From assembly GCA_951406725.2 (NCBI GenBank), contig OX597815.1:188914001-188978000 (forward strand): a stretch of DNA of 64,000 nt, in the 5' to 3' direction. This document shows, piece by piece, positions 12,197 to 26,395 of this stretch. The notes below the pieces were generated by a model. That model was not told the DNA's origin. It was given only the letters and a program-made list of their open reading frames with translations, and did no database searches. Origin of the DNA: Octopus vulgaris (Eukaryota). Position numbers and translations under genes: made by a program. Numbering within the stretch: the first letter of the stretch is position 1; each line of letters opens with the position of its first letter.

Positions 12197-12677
12197 AGTG
12201 TGAGAGAATAGTTAAGTAATAGTTAATTTAGATAGGATACAAAATAGAGAGTGACGTGGAGGAAAGAAAATAGATGTGAGATATGTAGAGATATTGAATT
12301 TGTAGATCCATTTTTTAGGCAAAATGGTATTACGTGTAATATCTGGTTTTATGAAGAAAAAGGTATGAAAATATTAAATTGTGTGGTGGAAAGGATTCCA
12401 TGCCTCCATGACTCCAAAGCAGGTTTGATCAATTGGGCAAGTTTCAAATTAGAAGTAAGACAAAATAACCAACATCTGGCACTCAACATTGTGAGGTGGG
12501 TGTCAAGATGGGGGTGGGGTGGGGTGGGACACAGCAAACTTCTCCCAGTAATATATCCTGTTACAGAAACTGCATCAAATGAAAAATAGATAAATAAAAG
12601 GAGGCAGATAGCTGCAGCCTTAGGTTTCACAGGGAATGATTCACTAATGATTCAGTATACAGCTGCTAGTATTAATA

Positions 12678-13175
<498 letters not shown>

Positions 13176-13915
13176 CATTTACTGTAAGAAAAGACAGATT
13201 GGATGGTGTAATTTCTATGTATATGAACAGGTGAGATGTTATACATTTTGATACCAGATAACAGAAGATGCCTTCAAGGCCTGTGTTTCTACTAGTCATA
13301 ATAACCCTATTTAGATTCAATGCAGTAACCAAAAAGCAAAAAAAAAATATGTTATGTTGTCAAAAATGAAAAAAATATGGTCTCTATTAGGGACTTGCCC
13401 CCAAAACTTTTTACTATCATCATCATCATCGTTTAAATCAAACATTAAATAAATAATCTGGGTAAAAAATAAAGATATTAAAAAACATTTTCTGAAAATA
13501 GTTCCAACATATAGTTCAAAGAGTGAAAAGGACCATTATAAGTTGTTGTTGCTTTTGGCACTTTAATTTATCTTTTCACTTCTGACATGGGTAGGTTAGG
13601 TTGCACAGCATCTTACCAATCATTGAATTCTTTAGTATTTGCTTCTTAGGCTCAGCTTCCATAGATTCGATCATGACACTTCATCCTGTGTTTTTCATTT
13701 TTAGTCAGCATACCACATATTTATTTCCCAGCATGCACTGTCTACTTTCATTTTCTGTTCTGTATATATCACTTAACATTGTTTTTGCTTAACCAATCTC
13801 TCATCTCTGTTGAGTTCTACCCTTCATACTTGCTATCAAAATGCATCCAATGGATCATATTTGATTCATCCTCACCTTCCTGTTCTATGAACATCCTCTA
13901 TATTAAGATCATATA

Positions 13916-14132
13916 CGTAGGTGCACAAAAATCCCTGGCTTTTGGTAAAAAAAAAAATACAGGGAAATCAGTTAATTATGATTTTATTCAACACATTCCC
14001 TTCTCAGATTCATACACATATTGCAGCGGTCCTTCAGTTTTTCTAAGCTCTGTAAAAGAACTTGGAAAGTTAGGCCACCAGCCAGGCCTTTTGTGTTACC
14101 CTTAAAACCAGTAACGCTTCAGCACTCCATCA
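13916..14132 (-). mobile_element. Mariner MITE, same family as 11787-12002
   Basis: Reverse complement of the 11787 copy; TA at both ends. Confidence 0.7.
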
Positions 14133-14240
14133 TATCTAATTACCACGCAGTCATATGATCCTTTAAAATCTCTCAAAATGCTTGAAATAGCAGCCAAATC
14201 TTTCCTAGTCAAATCCCACCCTGTTGAACAACGAAGAACA

Positions 14241-14637
14241 TCTCTATAAATATAAAGCTGAAGTTGTCTGTGTATGGCAGGTTTGGTAGCCTTCAACTAA
14301 CACTATCTCCTCTGAGACCCTGCAGCACAAGTTGACCAAAATTGAGAGTATGATAGAAGAAGGCTTGCTCTTCATTCCGTAGAAGAAAAAAATTCAAATT
14401 GGACTATGTTAACACAGTCCAAAAATTATTTACATCAAAAAGGTGCTTTTTTTCTATGAAAATCCCTCTTTTTTATGATTTTTTGACTGCTGTGTCGCCA
14501 TTTTTTGGTGTATTTCAACCAGAAAAATGTTTGTTTAAAGAGAATAACAAGCTGCATAATGCAAAATTTTTACTTTTCAAAAATTCCAATTCTAAAGGGT
14601 CGAAACAAATCCGAGCAACGCCGGGCAATACTGCTAG
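14241..14637 (+). mobile_element. Non-autonomous Helitron
   Basis: A|TCTCTATAAATATAAAG start; subterminal CCGAGCAACGCCGG hairpin-like segment and CTAG|T end; no TSD; second copy at 35514-35906. Confidence 0.85.
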
Positions 14638-14664
14638 TTTTTGATATTGCACTTCTGAGTTCTA

Positions 14665-14797
14665 AAGCTTAGAAAAACAGGACTGCTGCAATAAATGTAT
14701 GGATCTGAGAGGGGAATATGTTGACTAAAATCATAATTACCTGATCCTCCTATATTTTCTGTTACCCAAAGCCAGAAAAATTTTCAGCAGCCCCACA
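14665..14797 (+). mobile_element. Partial mariner MITE (3' half)
   Basis: GAGAGGGGAATATGTTGA...CCAGAAAAATTTTCAGCAGCCCCACA-TA. Confidence 0.65.
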
Positions 14798-14997
14798 TAT
14801 ATATCGTCTAAGATTTTCCAGGTTTTTGCAGACTTTTCAAGTTTTTATTACTTGTTGTTTCCCTAATATTATCCTTGTTTACTTTCAATTTTTTCTGAAA
14901 GTCTGCATTGAATTTTCATGTTTCAGTCTTGTTCGCAAATTCCAACATGGACTTCTAAATTGTAGCCATAGATATCTTCTCGTGTTTCTACAAATAT

Positions 14998-15418
14998 ATT
15001 CTTTTATTTGTTTCAGTCATTTGAGGGTGGCCATGCTGGAGCAGCGCCTTTAGTTGAAAAGATTGACCCTAGGGCTTATTCTTTGTAAGCCTAGTACTTA
15101 TTCTATCAGTCTCTTTTTGCTGAACCTCTAAGCTATGGGAACATAAACACACCAGCATCGGTTGTCAAGCAATGGTGGGGGAACAAACAGAGACACAAAC
15201 ATGCGCGCACACACACATACACACACACACACACACACACTCACACACACATGACAGGCTTCTTTCAGTTTCCATTCACCAAACCCATTCACAAGGCTTT
15301 GGTTGGCCCAACGCTATAGTAGAACAAAACTTGCCTAAGGTACCACACAGTGGGACTGAACCCAGGACAATGTGGTTGGTAAGCAAGCTACTTGCCACAC
15401 AGCCTCTCCTGCACCTAT
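14998..15418 (-). mobile_element. SINE B, full length
   Basis: Head, CORE-like segment, internal CA repeat and tail all present on the minus strand. Confidence 0.85.
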
Positions 15419-15682
15419 ATCATTAAAAAATATATATTAAAGCAACAATGCTGAAAGTTAATGATCCACCTTGTATATATATTGAATTCTTTTCTGGAAA
15501 TAGGGCTGATTCAGGTTTCAGCATTAGCTTCCATATAATATCACTTAGACAATTCTCATTAGTTTGTCATTCACTCTGATGTTTCTCATTGTTCACAAGA
15601 TTAGAGAAACCTTCTCTATTTTAACTTAGCACAAAGTAGAATATGATAGTTCTATTTTAGCCATTAGCAAATGTTGTATATA

Positions 15683-15714
<32 letters not shown>

Positions 15715-15984
15715 TTAATCTCAAAAGGTTTTTAATATCCATTTCATTATATATATGTTGTATGGATGAGTATTTCTGTATGTGTGTGAGAGAGTCTGTA
15801 TGTATGCATTAGTTTATATAAATGTTCTATATTTCTTAGGTCTAAGACAGATTTTTCTCTTGTCAATCTCCACAGAAACTGAAGAATCAGCAGTGTGATT
15901 TCTATATCTAATAACATTTAGTTGGTTCCGTTGTATTTATTTTATAATAGTATTTCTTTACCGTCTTCATTTCCATTATTGGTT

Positions 15985-16335
15985 TCATATTTTTCATAAT
16001 TTTATTTTTTCTTATCTTGCTTAAGTTTATCAAACTAAGAAATAGATTTTACGTCCATTCTATATAAGTTGAATAGTTTGTAGCGAGTGTTTCCAACTAT
16101 AGAAAATAAATCTAAAAATCATAAAAAAATCCAACTTAATCCAACAATACATATGCAAATATTTAAATTTGCAGAACCATCCCACCCATGAAGAAGCAAA
16201 TGTAAAAATCATACAGAAAAAGAAATATAATTATGGTTTTAAGATATCTTAAAATAAATTAACTCTTACACTTGGCTTCTTAAATATAAGATTGTCTCTT
16301 CAAAGATTAGTAAAACAATATTGAGTTGACCTTTC
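15985..16335 (+). repeat. Local diverged duplication (partner at about 18855-19235)
   Basis: Shared blocks such as TCTTGCTTAAGTTTA, ATATGCAAATATT.AAATTTGCAGAACCATCC and TAAGATTGTCTCTTCAAAGATTAGT. Confidence 0.85.
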
Positions 16336-16807
16336 TGCTTTGTTTAATTCCTGAAGAAAATTAATCACATTCCTATGATATTCAAATGTTGAAATTGTTC
16401 TCACACTAGCAAGCAGCATTTCATTCTTTGGAACTACCAGAGCATGAGAGTGAAAGACTACTGCCTTCTTATATAGAATTCCATAAAAGAAGGTATATAA
16501 AGACATATTTCTTTCAGTTTGGCGCATCAGATATAAGCTTTTAAAAATTTCTGTTATTTATTTCAATATTTACTGGTATGTTTCCTAGTGAGTCAGCATG
16601 ATATTTCTGGAATCATTGGCACATTAAAATATTAACCAAATATCTTTTGTTTTCTTTGGTTGCAAGAATTTTTACAGTTGAATAATCACAGTCTTCTGAG
16701 AGATTACAAGGAGAAATAAAACAAAAATTCATGCTGTCTTTGAGTGTGAATATCACACATAAACAGCAATACATATCTATCATGGACCTGATTGCTGGAA
16801 CTACACC

Positions 16808-17210
16808 TTCCCCCACTTCTCTCTCTATCTTTCTCTATTTGTCACTCTCTCTTTCTCCATTTGTCTCGCTCTCTCTCTCTCTTCCCCACTTCTCTCTCTT
16901 CCACACTTCTCTCTCTCTCTTTCTCTACTTGTCTCTCTCTCTCTCTTCCCTACTTCTATCTCTCTTCCTCTCTTCTCTCTCTCTCCTCCCCACTTCTCTC
17001 TCTCTTCCCCTCTTCTCTCTCTCTTCCCCACTTCTCTCTCTCTTCCCCTCTTCTCTCTCTCTCTTCCCCACTTCTCTCTCTCTCTCTTCCCCCACTTCTC
17101 TCTCGCTCTTTCTCTATTTGTCTATCTCTCTTTCTCTATCTGTCTCTGTCTCTCTTTCTCTACTTGTCTCTCTCTCTCTCTCTCTCTCTCCCTCTCTCCC
17201 TCTCTCTCCT
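16808..17210. repeat. Polypyrimidine (CT)n minisatellite with CTTCCCCACTTCTCTCTCT units
   Basis: ~400 bp of nearly pure C/T on the + strand. Confidence 0.9.
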
Positions 17211-17961
17211 ACACACACACATGTGAGTGTATAGTTATCTCATATACAAAATACACATATGTGGAAACTATTGTGAGTCTATGTAAATGTGTTTGTTATA
17301 ACATGTGTGTCTGTGTATCTTTCTCTCTTTCTCTCTCACACTCTCTCTCCCTACACACACACACACACTCACACACATCAAGGTATTATTATAAGCATTG
17401 CTTGTACATGCATACATTGTATACGTACACAATCGTCTTTCATATTTAATTTATCTCTATGTGCAGCAAAACAGAATCGACAGCTAAACATTTTTGTAGT
17501 CATCAGGTGATCATTACCCCTGTTACCTCCAGAAAGAACCTATATTTGTTTGTTTCCCTCTTTTTCTTCTTCTTCTTCTTTCTCTGTCGTTTAAACATTG
17601 TCATTATCGCGATATTCCTCTCACCGTGGGTGGGCATATACTTACCAGCTCCTGCATGCAACGTGTAATCAAGAACTATAGCCAGAATCCAATAAGCATT
17701 ATGTGAGGCTGAATAATGAAGCTGTTGTTGCCTCTTGTTTTTTTCCAGGATCTGGAGGACTTAAATGCATCCCAAGCTTAGAGGGAGCAAAAAAAAAAAA
17801 ACAAAAACAAAATAACAAAAATCATTTTTGTAAATGCAGCAACATAAGGCAGAGAGAGATTAATAAATTTTATGTATGAATAAATATAACCTTCCTCTGG
17901 TGCTCCCATAAAATATTTATACTGTATGTATTTATGTTTTCTCTCTCTATATATATATATA

Positions 17962-18106
17962 TCATCATCATCATCATCATCACCATCATCATTGTCATCG
18001 TCGTCATCATCATCATTGTCATCATCATCATCGTCATCGTCGTCATCATCATCATCATCGTCACCATCATCATCATCATCGTCATCATCATCATCATCAT
18101 CATCGT

Positions 18107-18155
<49 letters not shown>

Positions 18156-18570
18156 GTTATCATCATCATCATTTAATGCCCGTTTTCCATGCTGGCATGG
18201 GTTGAACGGTTTGACTGAGGTCTGGAGAGCCAGAAGGCTGCACCAGGCTCCAATCTGTTCTGGCAAAGTTTCTACAGCTGGATGTCCTTCTTAATGCCAA
18301 CAACTCCAAGAGTGTGTTGGGTGCTTTTTACATGCCACCAGCATGGGGGCCAGTCAGGTGTTACTGGCATTGGCCATGTTTGGATGGTGCTTATTATGTG
18401 CCAATGGCATGGGGGCCAGTCAGGTGTTACTGGCATTGGCCATGTTTGGATAGTACTTATTACGTACCACCAGCATGGGAACCAGTCAGGTGGTACTGGC
18501 ATCGGCCATGTTTGGATGGTGCTTTTTACGTGCCACTGGCACGGGAGCCAGTCAGGGAATACTGGCATCA

Positions 18571-18575
<5 letters not shown>
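17962..18575 (-). mobile_element. Family D SINE-like repeat with (GAT)n tail and internal ~57-bp tandem units
   Basis: (CAT)n then TTTAATGCCCGTTTTCCATGCTGGCATGGG...CTGGATGTCCTTC; four GGGGCCAGTCAGGTGTTACTGGCATTGGCCATGTTTGGATGGTGC-type units. Confidence 0.8.
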
Positions 18576-18609
<34 letters not shown>

Positions 18610-18773
18610 CATCATCATCATTCATCATCATCGTTTAACGTCCGGTTTCCATGCTAGCATGGGTTGGACGTTCAACTGGATCTGGGAAGCCAGAGGCTGC
18701 ACCAGACCCAGTCTGATCTAGCATACAGCTGGATAACGCCAACCACTCCATGATATAATGGTGAGCCACTGGC

Positions 18774-18814
<41 letters not shown>

Positions 18815-19252
18815 AAGAAAGAGAAAGAGGAGAGAGAGAAGTCATCATTGCCAATATTAGTTTCATATTTTTCATTATCTTTTTCTCATCTTGCTTAAGT
18901 TTAGCAACCAAGAAATAGATTGCACTTTCATAGCATATATACGTGGATCGTTAGTATTGAGTGTTGCTGGCTATAGAAAATAAGAACAGAAATAGAATAA
19001 AATAAAAATAATTAGAAAAAACAAAACATTTAATCCAACAATAGATATGCAAATATTCAAATTTGCAGAACCATCCTGCTCAAGAAGAAGTAAATGTGAA
19101 AAAAAAAAAAAATGGAGAAAACGAAATATTGTTATGGTTTTAAGATATCTTGAAAGAAATTAACTCTTACACTTAGCTTCTTAACGATAAGATTGTCTCT
19201 TCAAAGATTAGTGAAACATTCTAATGTTGACCTTTATATGTGTAGTGTACTC

Positions 19253-19670
19253 AGTGAGCTGGCAGAAACGTTAGTGCTCCGGGAGAAATACTCAACGGTA
19301 TTTCGCCTGCCACTACGTTCTGAGTTCAAATTCTGCCGAGGTCGACTTTGCCTTTCATCCTTTCGGGTTCAATTAAATAAGTACCAGTTATGCACTGGGG
19401 TCGATAAAATCGACTTAATCCGTTTGTCTGTCCTTGTTTGTCCTCTCTGCATTTAGCCCCTTGTGGGTAGTAAAGAAATAGAAATAGGTATTTTGCCTGC
19501 CGCTACGCTCTGAGTTCAAATTCCGCCGAGGTCAACTTTGCCTTTCATCATTTCGGGGTCGATAAATTAAGTGCCAGTTATGCACTGGGATCGATGTAAT
19601 CGACTTAATCCCTTTGTCTCTCCTTGTTTGTCCACTCCATGTTTGGCCCCATGTGGGTAGTAAAGAAATA
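19253..19670 (+). mobile_element. SINE A head plus two bodies
   Basis: Second body restarts at AGGTATTTTGCCTGCC (about 19486) directly after the tail. Confidence 0.85.
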
Positions 19671-20018
19671 GAATGTATCCTATTAGCGTGCATGAACGTG
19701 TGAGGTATGGTTTGGATGGATCGTTGTGGTCTGAGCTGGTGGGTGCTTCTTATTCAGAATTACTTCCCTTCTAGATGGATTGAAGGACCACATCTTCCTC
19801 ATAGATTATCTTTCTAGTATGGTTGCTACATCTGGCTGCCCTTCCTTATACAAGCCACTTTATCATGTATTGAATACATTTCATTGTGGCACCATCATAG
19901 GAGGGGTTTCCATGTCCCTCACAAGATAAAGGACCCTCATGTCTCTATGTGGTTTCTGCTTGATTGCTAATGACTTCAGAGAGGATAATAGATGTATTTT
20001 ATCATGGCACCAACACTT

Positions 20019-20428
20019 ACAATTCAGCCCCGACAAGTTAGCACTAGATAATTCAGCGCATAGACAATTCAGAGCATGTAATACAGGTAATTTATCATAA
20101 TATTTTATTGGTGTTGGCTGTACATCTAAAAAACATGCACATGCAACCTACAAACACAGCAATCATAGAATGAATTAACTCTACATAAACAAAAATAATT
20201 TCAGAATGCTTACCATTCTAAAATAACTGGTACTTAATGCTTACCATTCTGAAATTATTTTCGTTTATGTAGATTTAATTTATTCTATGATTGCTGTGTT
20301 TGTAGGTTGCATGTGTTTTAGATGTACAACCAACACCAATAAAATATAATAATAAATTACCTGTATTGCATGCTCTGAATTGTCTATGCGCTGAATTATC
20401 TAGTGCTAACTTGTCGGGGCTGAATTGT
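20019..20428. mobile_element. Foldback/MITE with ~190-bp inverted arms and subterminal ACAATTCAGC-type repeats
   Basis: Arms 20019-20208 and 20245-20428; 36-nt spacer; AATGCTTACCATTCT occurs twice across the spacer. Confidence 0.85.
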
Positions 20429-22534
20429 CAGATGTTCGATTGTTGGTACTACCATTTTAACATTCTGCCACTATGCTTGTACAGCTAGTCCTGTTTTCTG
20501 CAGCATTGCATCTCAAAAGACCTCATAGTTCTTTGTCCTCATTATGAGGTGCAGCATTTTGACATCAATCGTCACCATTTTCATCACATCCCATCTTTTT
20601 ACAGTTATCTAGGACTTCATTATCCAATGTAACCTTTCATATTTTAAGACTGCAGAATATTATTTGATAGAAACTTGGCTGCTGTTTCTAGCAGTGTGAA
20701 TGGCTACATAGAGGCTTCCTCATTGGCCCAAAGATGTAGTAATAGTTGCTGCAAATAATAATCACTCTGTGAAAGAATTTGAGGATGTGTTAATGAAATA
20801 TTAATATTACTAGCTTTCGTGGGTTCAGACCCTCAAATTTATATCTAATTAATCCCACTGAAGCTTTCGTTTCATTAATGTTCAAAATAGTCATCATCAC
20901 ATGATTATCATTAGAATGTTATTGACTTTTAATTTTAAAACATTTGCTGGAACAATTCATGCAAATTTAATATCTAATTTTTAGACCCATTTGAAACATC
21001 CAAATTATTCTTTTAAATATAAATTCAGCCCAGTGATGATTCAGAGGTAGTTTTGGGTCATTGTATAGTAAGGATATCCAGAGTGTTTCAGGAACAGAAA
21101 CAATGAAAAACAGAGCATCATCATTATCATCATCATCGTTTAACGTCTGTTACTAGTTTTTACCTGACAGCATCAAATTAACTTTGTATTCCTATTTTGT
21201 TTCTGGAACATTCGTGATGGTCATTCAGATATTTTTATTCAGTAGAATCTTTGAATTTTTAAACTTTACCTTAAGATTTACGTATTTCCAGTTCTAATAT
21301 TTCTGTCTGTTTAAGACAGAATCATAAGCATGCTGATTAAAATGTTTTCTGGCATTTTTGCCATCTTTATGTTCTGAGTTCAAACTACACTGAGGTCAAC
21401 TTCACATTTCATCCTTTTAGTGTTAATGAAGTACCATCTGTGCACTGGGGTCGAGGTGGTCAACCCTCCCCCCTCCCCTAAAATTTCAGGTATTGTGCCA
21501 ATAGTAGAATGGAATATTAACTAATTAAATACGCTTCATTGATTCATTTCTTTTTATTGATGCAAAGAATTGTCTTTAAAGGAAATGCTATGCTATGACT
21601 TTCACGTATGTTCCAAGTTCATTAACAGTACGATTGAAATAAAATAGCTTACAAAAATGGAAATTAGGTCATGATTCAGTTCCTTGGGAGTTTGGCACTA
21701 TTCACATTTTTCCGTTATTGGGTTCCAAAAGGACTTTGAACTGTATACCCAAAGTTTTTCCTATTTTTCTTTTTTCTTTTGGAAGATAAAAATTTTTGGA
21801 GCAGAAAATTCTTCAAAGGATAAAAATTACATTCCAGAATTCATTGACTTAATTAAATTTACATCTCAACATTTACACTTTATGTATTTTCTTGATAATT
21901 CCTCGAAACCCTTTGGAATGTACAGTTTCCTTGATGTATAATTTTTCTCCCAGCTTTCCATATCCTATGAGATTCCATTTTCTAAAGTTGAAGCAATTAA
22001 AGTAAGAACTAAAAGATTTAGGCATTTATGATCCAAAACAAACATTTTACATTAAATAGAATTAATGAAATAAATTCTCCTGCTTTGTTTAGTGAAATCA
22101 ATATGTTGCAGCGAGGAATAACAAGAACTCTAAAGGGAAATTATTATTTAGCAAAGAAGGAAAACTGAAAAGATTATGAATGTTGCATTCTGAAATAGTC
22201 GGAACAAAATTATTTCACTAGGCTATAACTCAGCTATGTGGAGACAGACGTTGTCATCGGATAAATTTACTTGCTTTTTATTCAAAAATGGTATTCTTTA
22301 AAGAAAAAAACTTTTTTTTGTTGTTGAATGTTTAATGGAAAGCACTTAAAATATATAAATAATCACTTTAAAATGTAGATATTTTGTAGGAAAGCTTATA
22401 CGGTATTTTTGTAATTTTGCAATATGAGTAAAAATTAATATAGTAACATATTTAACTCTTCAACATTCTAAATTTTGCTCATATGATTCCAATGCATATT
22501 TCCATAACTTTTTCAGAAATAGATACATACATAC

Positions 22535-22574
<40 letters not shown>

Positions 22575-22665
22575 AGAATTGGTATTATCTGGAAGTTGAT
22601 GATTGAAAAAAATCTATTCCTCCATTTTCTTATTTTGTAGATAGATAGATATATACATATATATA

Positions 22666-22727
<62 letters not shown>

Positions 22728-23083
22728 CATGTATGCATGTATATATTATTTGTGTATGTAGACGTTTGGTAAATGCAAATAGATGCAATATCAGCTTGAA
22801 AGATTACAAATGAGATTTTTGTTGCAGATACAAACAAAAAGTATTTGCTCTTAGTATAAAAAAAAAAAAATTGGCATTTGTTTATAAAATAATCTTTCAG
22901 ATTATTTCTACATTGTTTAATCAATGAGGCAGAAACCTTTAATATATTTCACTGCTAGCTTTTTCAAAACACACATTAGTGTTGGGTATAATATAGACCA
23001 GTTAACAAACCCTTATTATGCAATTGGTATTTTGCTATGATCAGTTCCAAAATATAAGGAAACATACTGTATGTATGTATGTG

Positions 23084-23118
<35 letters not shown>

Positions 23119-24065
23119 AATGTATACATATATGTATGTATGTATATTTCTAAATGCTACATCTCAACTATAATCCTCTGAAAACTTGTGAATTGAAAAG
23201 CAGTCCGTTTCAGTAATTGAAATGCTCTTTATTATATTCTTTGATAAGGATGCAATGGGGCAGAATGGAAGGTGAAAAGAAGGGGCAAATATTAATGACA
23301 TTAGTCTCTTTTACTAAAAAAAATTATTTGTTTTGCTTCTTTGATGTTATTGAAAGTAGGAGAGACATCTAAGGTAATCTGGTGTATTGTTCTGTACTAT
23401 ACATTCTGTCATTTATTTGGCAATGAAAAAAAAAAAAGACAAATTTGTTCTCTCCAATATTTGGCATGATTATTGAAGGGTACAGTTAGAGAGAAATGAA
23501 AACCTTTTTTTTTTCTGTAGGAATATAGATGTATTGACATTTTGCCAGTCAAAGCAACCAGAAACACCATAAAGAAATAGCTTGTTGAGTTAAACAATAT
23601 ATTCAATGATTCCTTAAATAGCAAATATTCTTGCATGCTGGCCGTTACAAAGAATCACTTTCACATTCAAAGCTGCATGTATTTATTCAATATTTTACTT
23701 GTACTCACAATGAACGAGTTCTTCATGAGACAGTTATCACCAGAATGGACATCCATTTGTTAAGTACTATTGCATCTAACCATATTTAAGATTATACAAT
23801 GGAAAACTATTTATATATTCCACACACACCCTGAAACAAATATCAAATGTCAGTGTTTTCTGTTGAACTATTTACAAAAAGTAGTTTACATCACTGGGGA
23901 AAGTTTCAAGGGTGTTTTAGTGCTCAAGATTATTATTATTATTATTTTTTTTCTTCTTTTTTTCTTTTTTGTAATGGCTGTTGTAACAATGTAAGTAGGC
24001 TTAAATTACAGCCTCCAGGTATTTCTGTGTGGCTAAGAAGCTTGCTTTGAAACTGCAAGGTTTAA

Positions 24066-24644
24066 TCCTTTAGCATTTAAACTGGCCGTATCCAGGTCAA
24101 ATATTCAACCTGTTTTATGTTGAAACTGGCCAGATATGGTCTTTCACACCTGCTCTACAATGTCATTCTAAAAATAAAAATTCACATTCTTGTATTCTTT
24201 TACTTGTTCCAGTCATTTGACTGCGGCCATGCTGGAGCACCACATTTAGTTGAGCAAATCGACCCCAGGACATATTCTTTGTAAGCTTAGTATTTATTCT
24301 ATCAGTCTCGGTTGTCAAGCGATGTTGAGGGGGTGGGGACAAACACAGACACACAGACATTTATATACATATACATATATACAACAGTTTTCTTTTCAGT
24401 TTCCGTCTACCAAATCCACTCACAAGGCTTTGGTCGACCCAAGGCTATAGTAGAAGACACTTGCCCAAGGTGCCATGCAGTGAAACTGAACCCAGAACCA
24501 TGTAGTTGGTAAAGCAAGCTACTTACCACACAGCCACTCCTGCACCTATATCATTGAAATCTCAAAGCTATAATGTATGATTAATTCAAAACAAGGCAAA
24601 TAAATAAGCATTAGATTTGAGGGAGAAATTTAAATGCTAAAACT
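24066..24644. mobile_element. Degenerate piggyBac-type MITE interrupted by SINE B (-, about 24190-24548)
   Basis: TTAA-TCCTTTAGCATTTAAA ... TTTAAATGCTAAAACT-TTAA. Confidence 0.65.
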
Positions 24645-25077
24645 TTAATTTCACTGTGTAGAACCTTGGGTAAGTGTCTTCAACCATCATTTCAGGTTAA
24701 CTAAATCTTTGAATGAAATTTAGTTGTCAGAAACTAAGCCTGTTGAAGAGGCTGTTCTTGATTTTGAATGGTCAACTTCTTCCATCGCTCTGTTTAATAC
24801 AAGCACTTGACCGTTGGGTACCTTTAGCGGAGTACATTATCTTGCATGCATCTGAGCCAAGCCAAGGCTTTGCTCTGATAATAACTTCTAGCCTTCACCT
24901 GTATCAAAAAACCTGAAAATAGTCCTGGAAGTCAATTTTGTTGACCTAGCTTCCATGGTGCTTATAATAGCATGGAAAATATTGATACTGTAATTTTATA
25001 GTAGTAAATTTAAAAGCATGATAGCATGCAGCCTTGTGGTTTAGGCATTGCAGTCATGATTGCTAAATCATAGATTT

Positions 25078-25493
25078 TATTTCTTTATTGCCCACAAGGG
25101 GCTAAACACAGAGGGGACAAACAAGGACAGACAAATGGATTAAGTCGATTACATCGACCCCAGTGCGTAACTGGTACTTAATTTATCGACCCCAAAGGAT
25201 GAAAGGCAAAGTGGACCTCGGCGGAATGTGAACTCAGAATGTATTGGCAGACGATATACCTATTTCTTTATTACCCACAAGGAGCTAAACACAGAGGGGA
25301 CAAACAAGGACAGACAAATGGATTAAGTCGATTACATCGACCCCAGTGCGTAACTGGTACTTAATTTATCGACCACGAAAGGATGAAAGGCAAAGTCGAC
25401 CTCGGCAGAATTTGAACTCAGCATGTAACAGCAGACGAAATACTGCTAAGCATTTCGCCCAGCATGCTAACGTTTCTGCCAGCTTGCCACCTT
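25078..25493 (-). mobile_element. SINE A head plus two bodies
   Basis: Junction GACGATATACCTATTTCTTT at about 25250-25270. Confidence 0.85.
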
Positions 25494-25979
25494 GTCATAG
25501 ATTTGATTCCTGGACCAGGCAGTACATTGTTGTCTTGAGTAAAACACTTCATTTCAAGTTGTTCCAATTCACTTAGCTGTCAGTGGGTGACCCTGTGTTG
25601 GAACAGCCTTTGGAGAGAATGTTAGTCTGCTCTCTTAGTCTGTGAAATGCTGTCATTCAAAAAAAAATGAAACAATGCCAAGTGCATTGTGACTAGCGAT
25701 GTATAACAACATCCATTAGTCTGGAGATTCTGTGATACAGTGATATCTAACAGCAGAAGGGTTTTAAATTTGGAATAGATGGAATGGAATTTACACAGAA
25801 GATATCTCCTGACTTGTCCAGGAAATCAGTAACTTCCAAATAAGAACAGATTCAAACTGTGGCAATCTATTCAACTTGTGCCAGTATAGAATAATGATGT
25901 GAAAAGATGGCTGATGAACAATTAAGCTCAGTTGTACAAGATGTACCTTGACAAGAAGCACCTTGACAAGAAGTACCTT

Positions 25980-26395
25980 GCTGTATGGCAGTTGACTTTT
26001 ACATATGGCAGATACTGGTGTCATGCAAATGGCAACTGTGCCGGTGGCACATAAAAGTGTCTTTCGAGAATTGTGCCTCATGGAGGCAATGACTGAATGA
26101 AACCATTTGGCATTATACTGTGCTTGAGAAGAAAAGCCATCGTGCCAAGCAAAACCGTAGTCATGGCAGATACCGGTTTTAGTCAAATGGCACTCGTGCC
26201 AGTGGCACGTAAAAGCACTCATTACATTCTCCAAGTGGTTGGGTGTTAGGAAGGGCATCCAGCCGTAAAAACCATGCCAAAAATGACTTGAGTCTGGTAC
26301 AGTCTACCAGCTTGCCAGAGCTGGGCAAACCGTCCAACCCATACCAGCAAGGAAAACGGACGCTAAATATGATGATGAATGATGATGATGATGAC
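25980..26395 (+). mobile_element. Family D repeat
   Basis: GTGGTTGGGTGTTAGGAAGGGCATCCAGCCGTAAAA (Meta-SINE-like domain as recalled) and (GAT)n tail. Confidence 0.75.

Noticed and set aside
16300-16816. Coding exons (75-aa and 67-aa ORFs; possible 58-nt exon 16518-16575)
   Set aside because: No recognisable domain and no consistent exon chain
21045-21070. let-7-like AGAGGTAGT...TTGTATAGT
   Set aside because: Interrupted by extra bases and no precursor hairpin seen; probably chance
21684-21941. 85-aa ORF in unique sequence
   Set aside because: Non-ATG start, no motif, composition typical of AT-rich non-coding DNA
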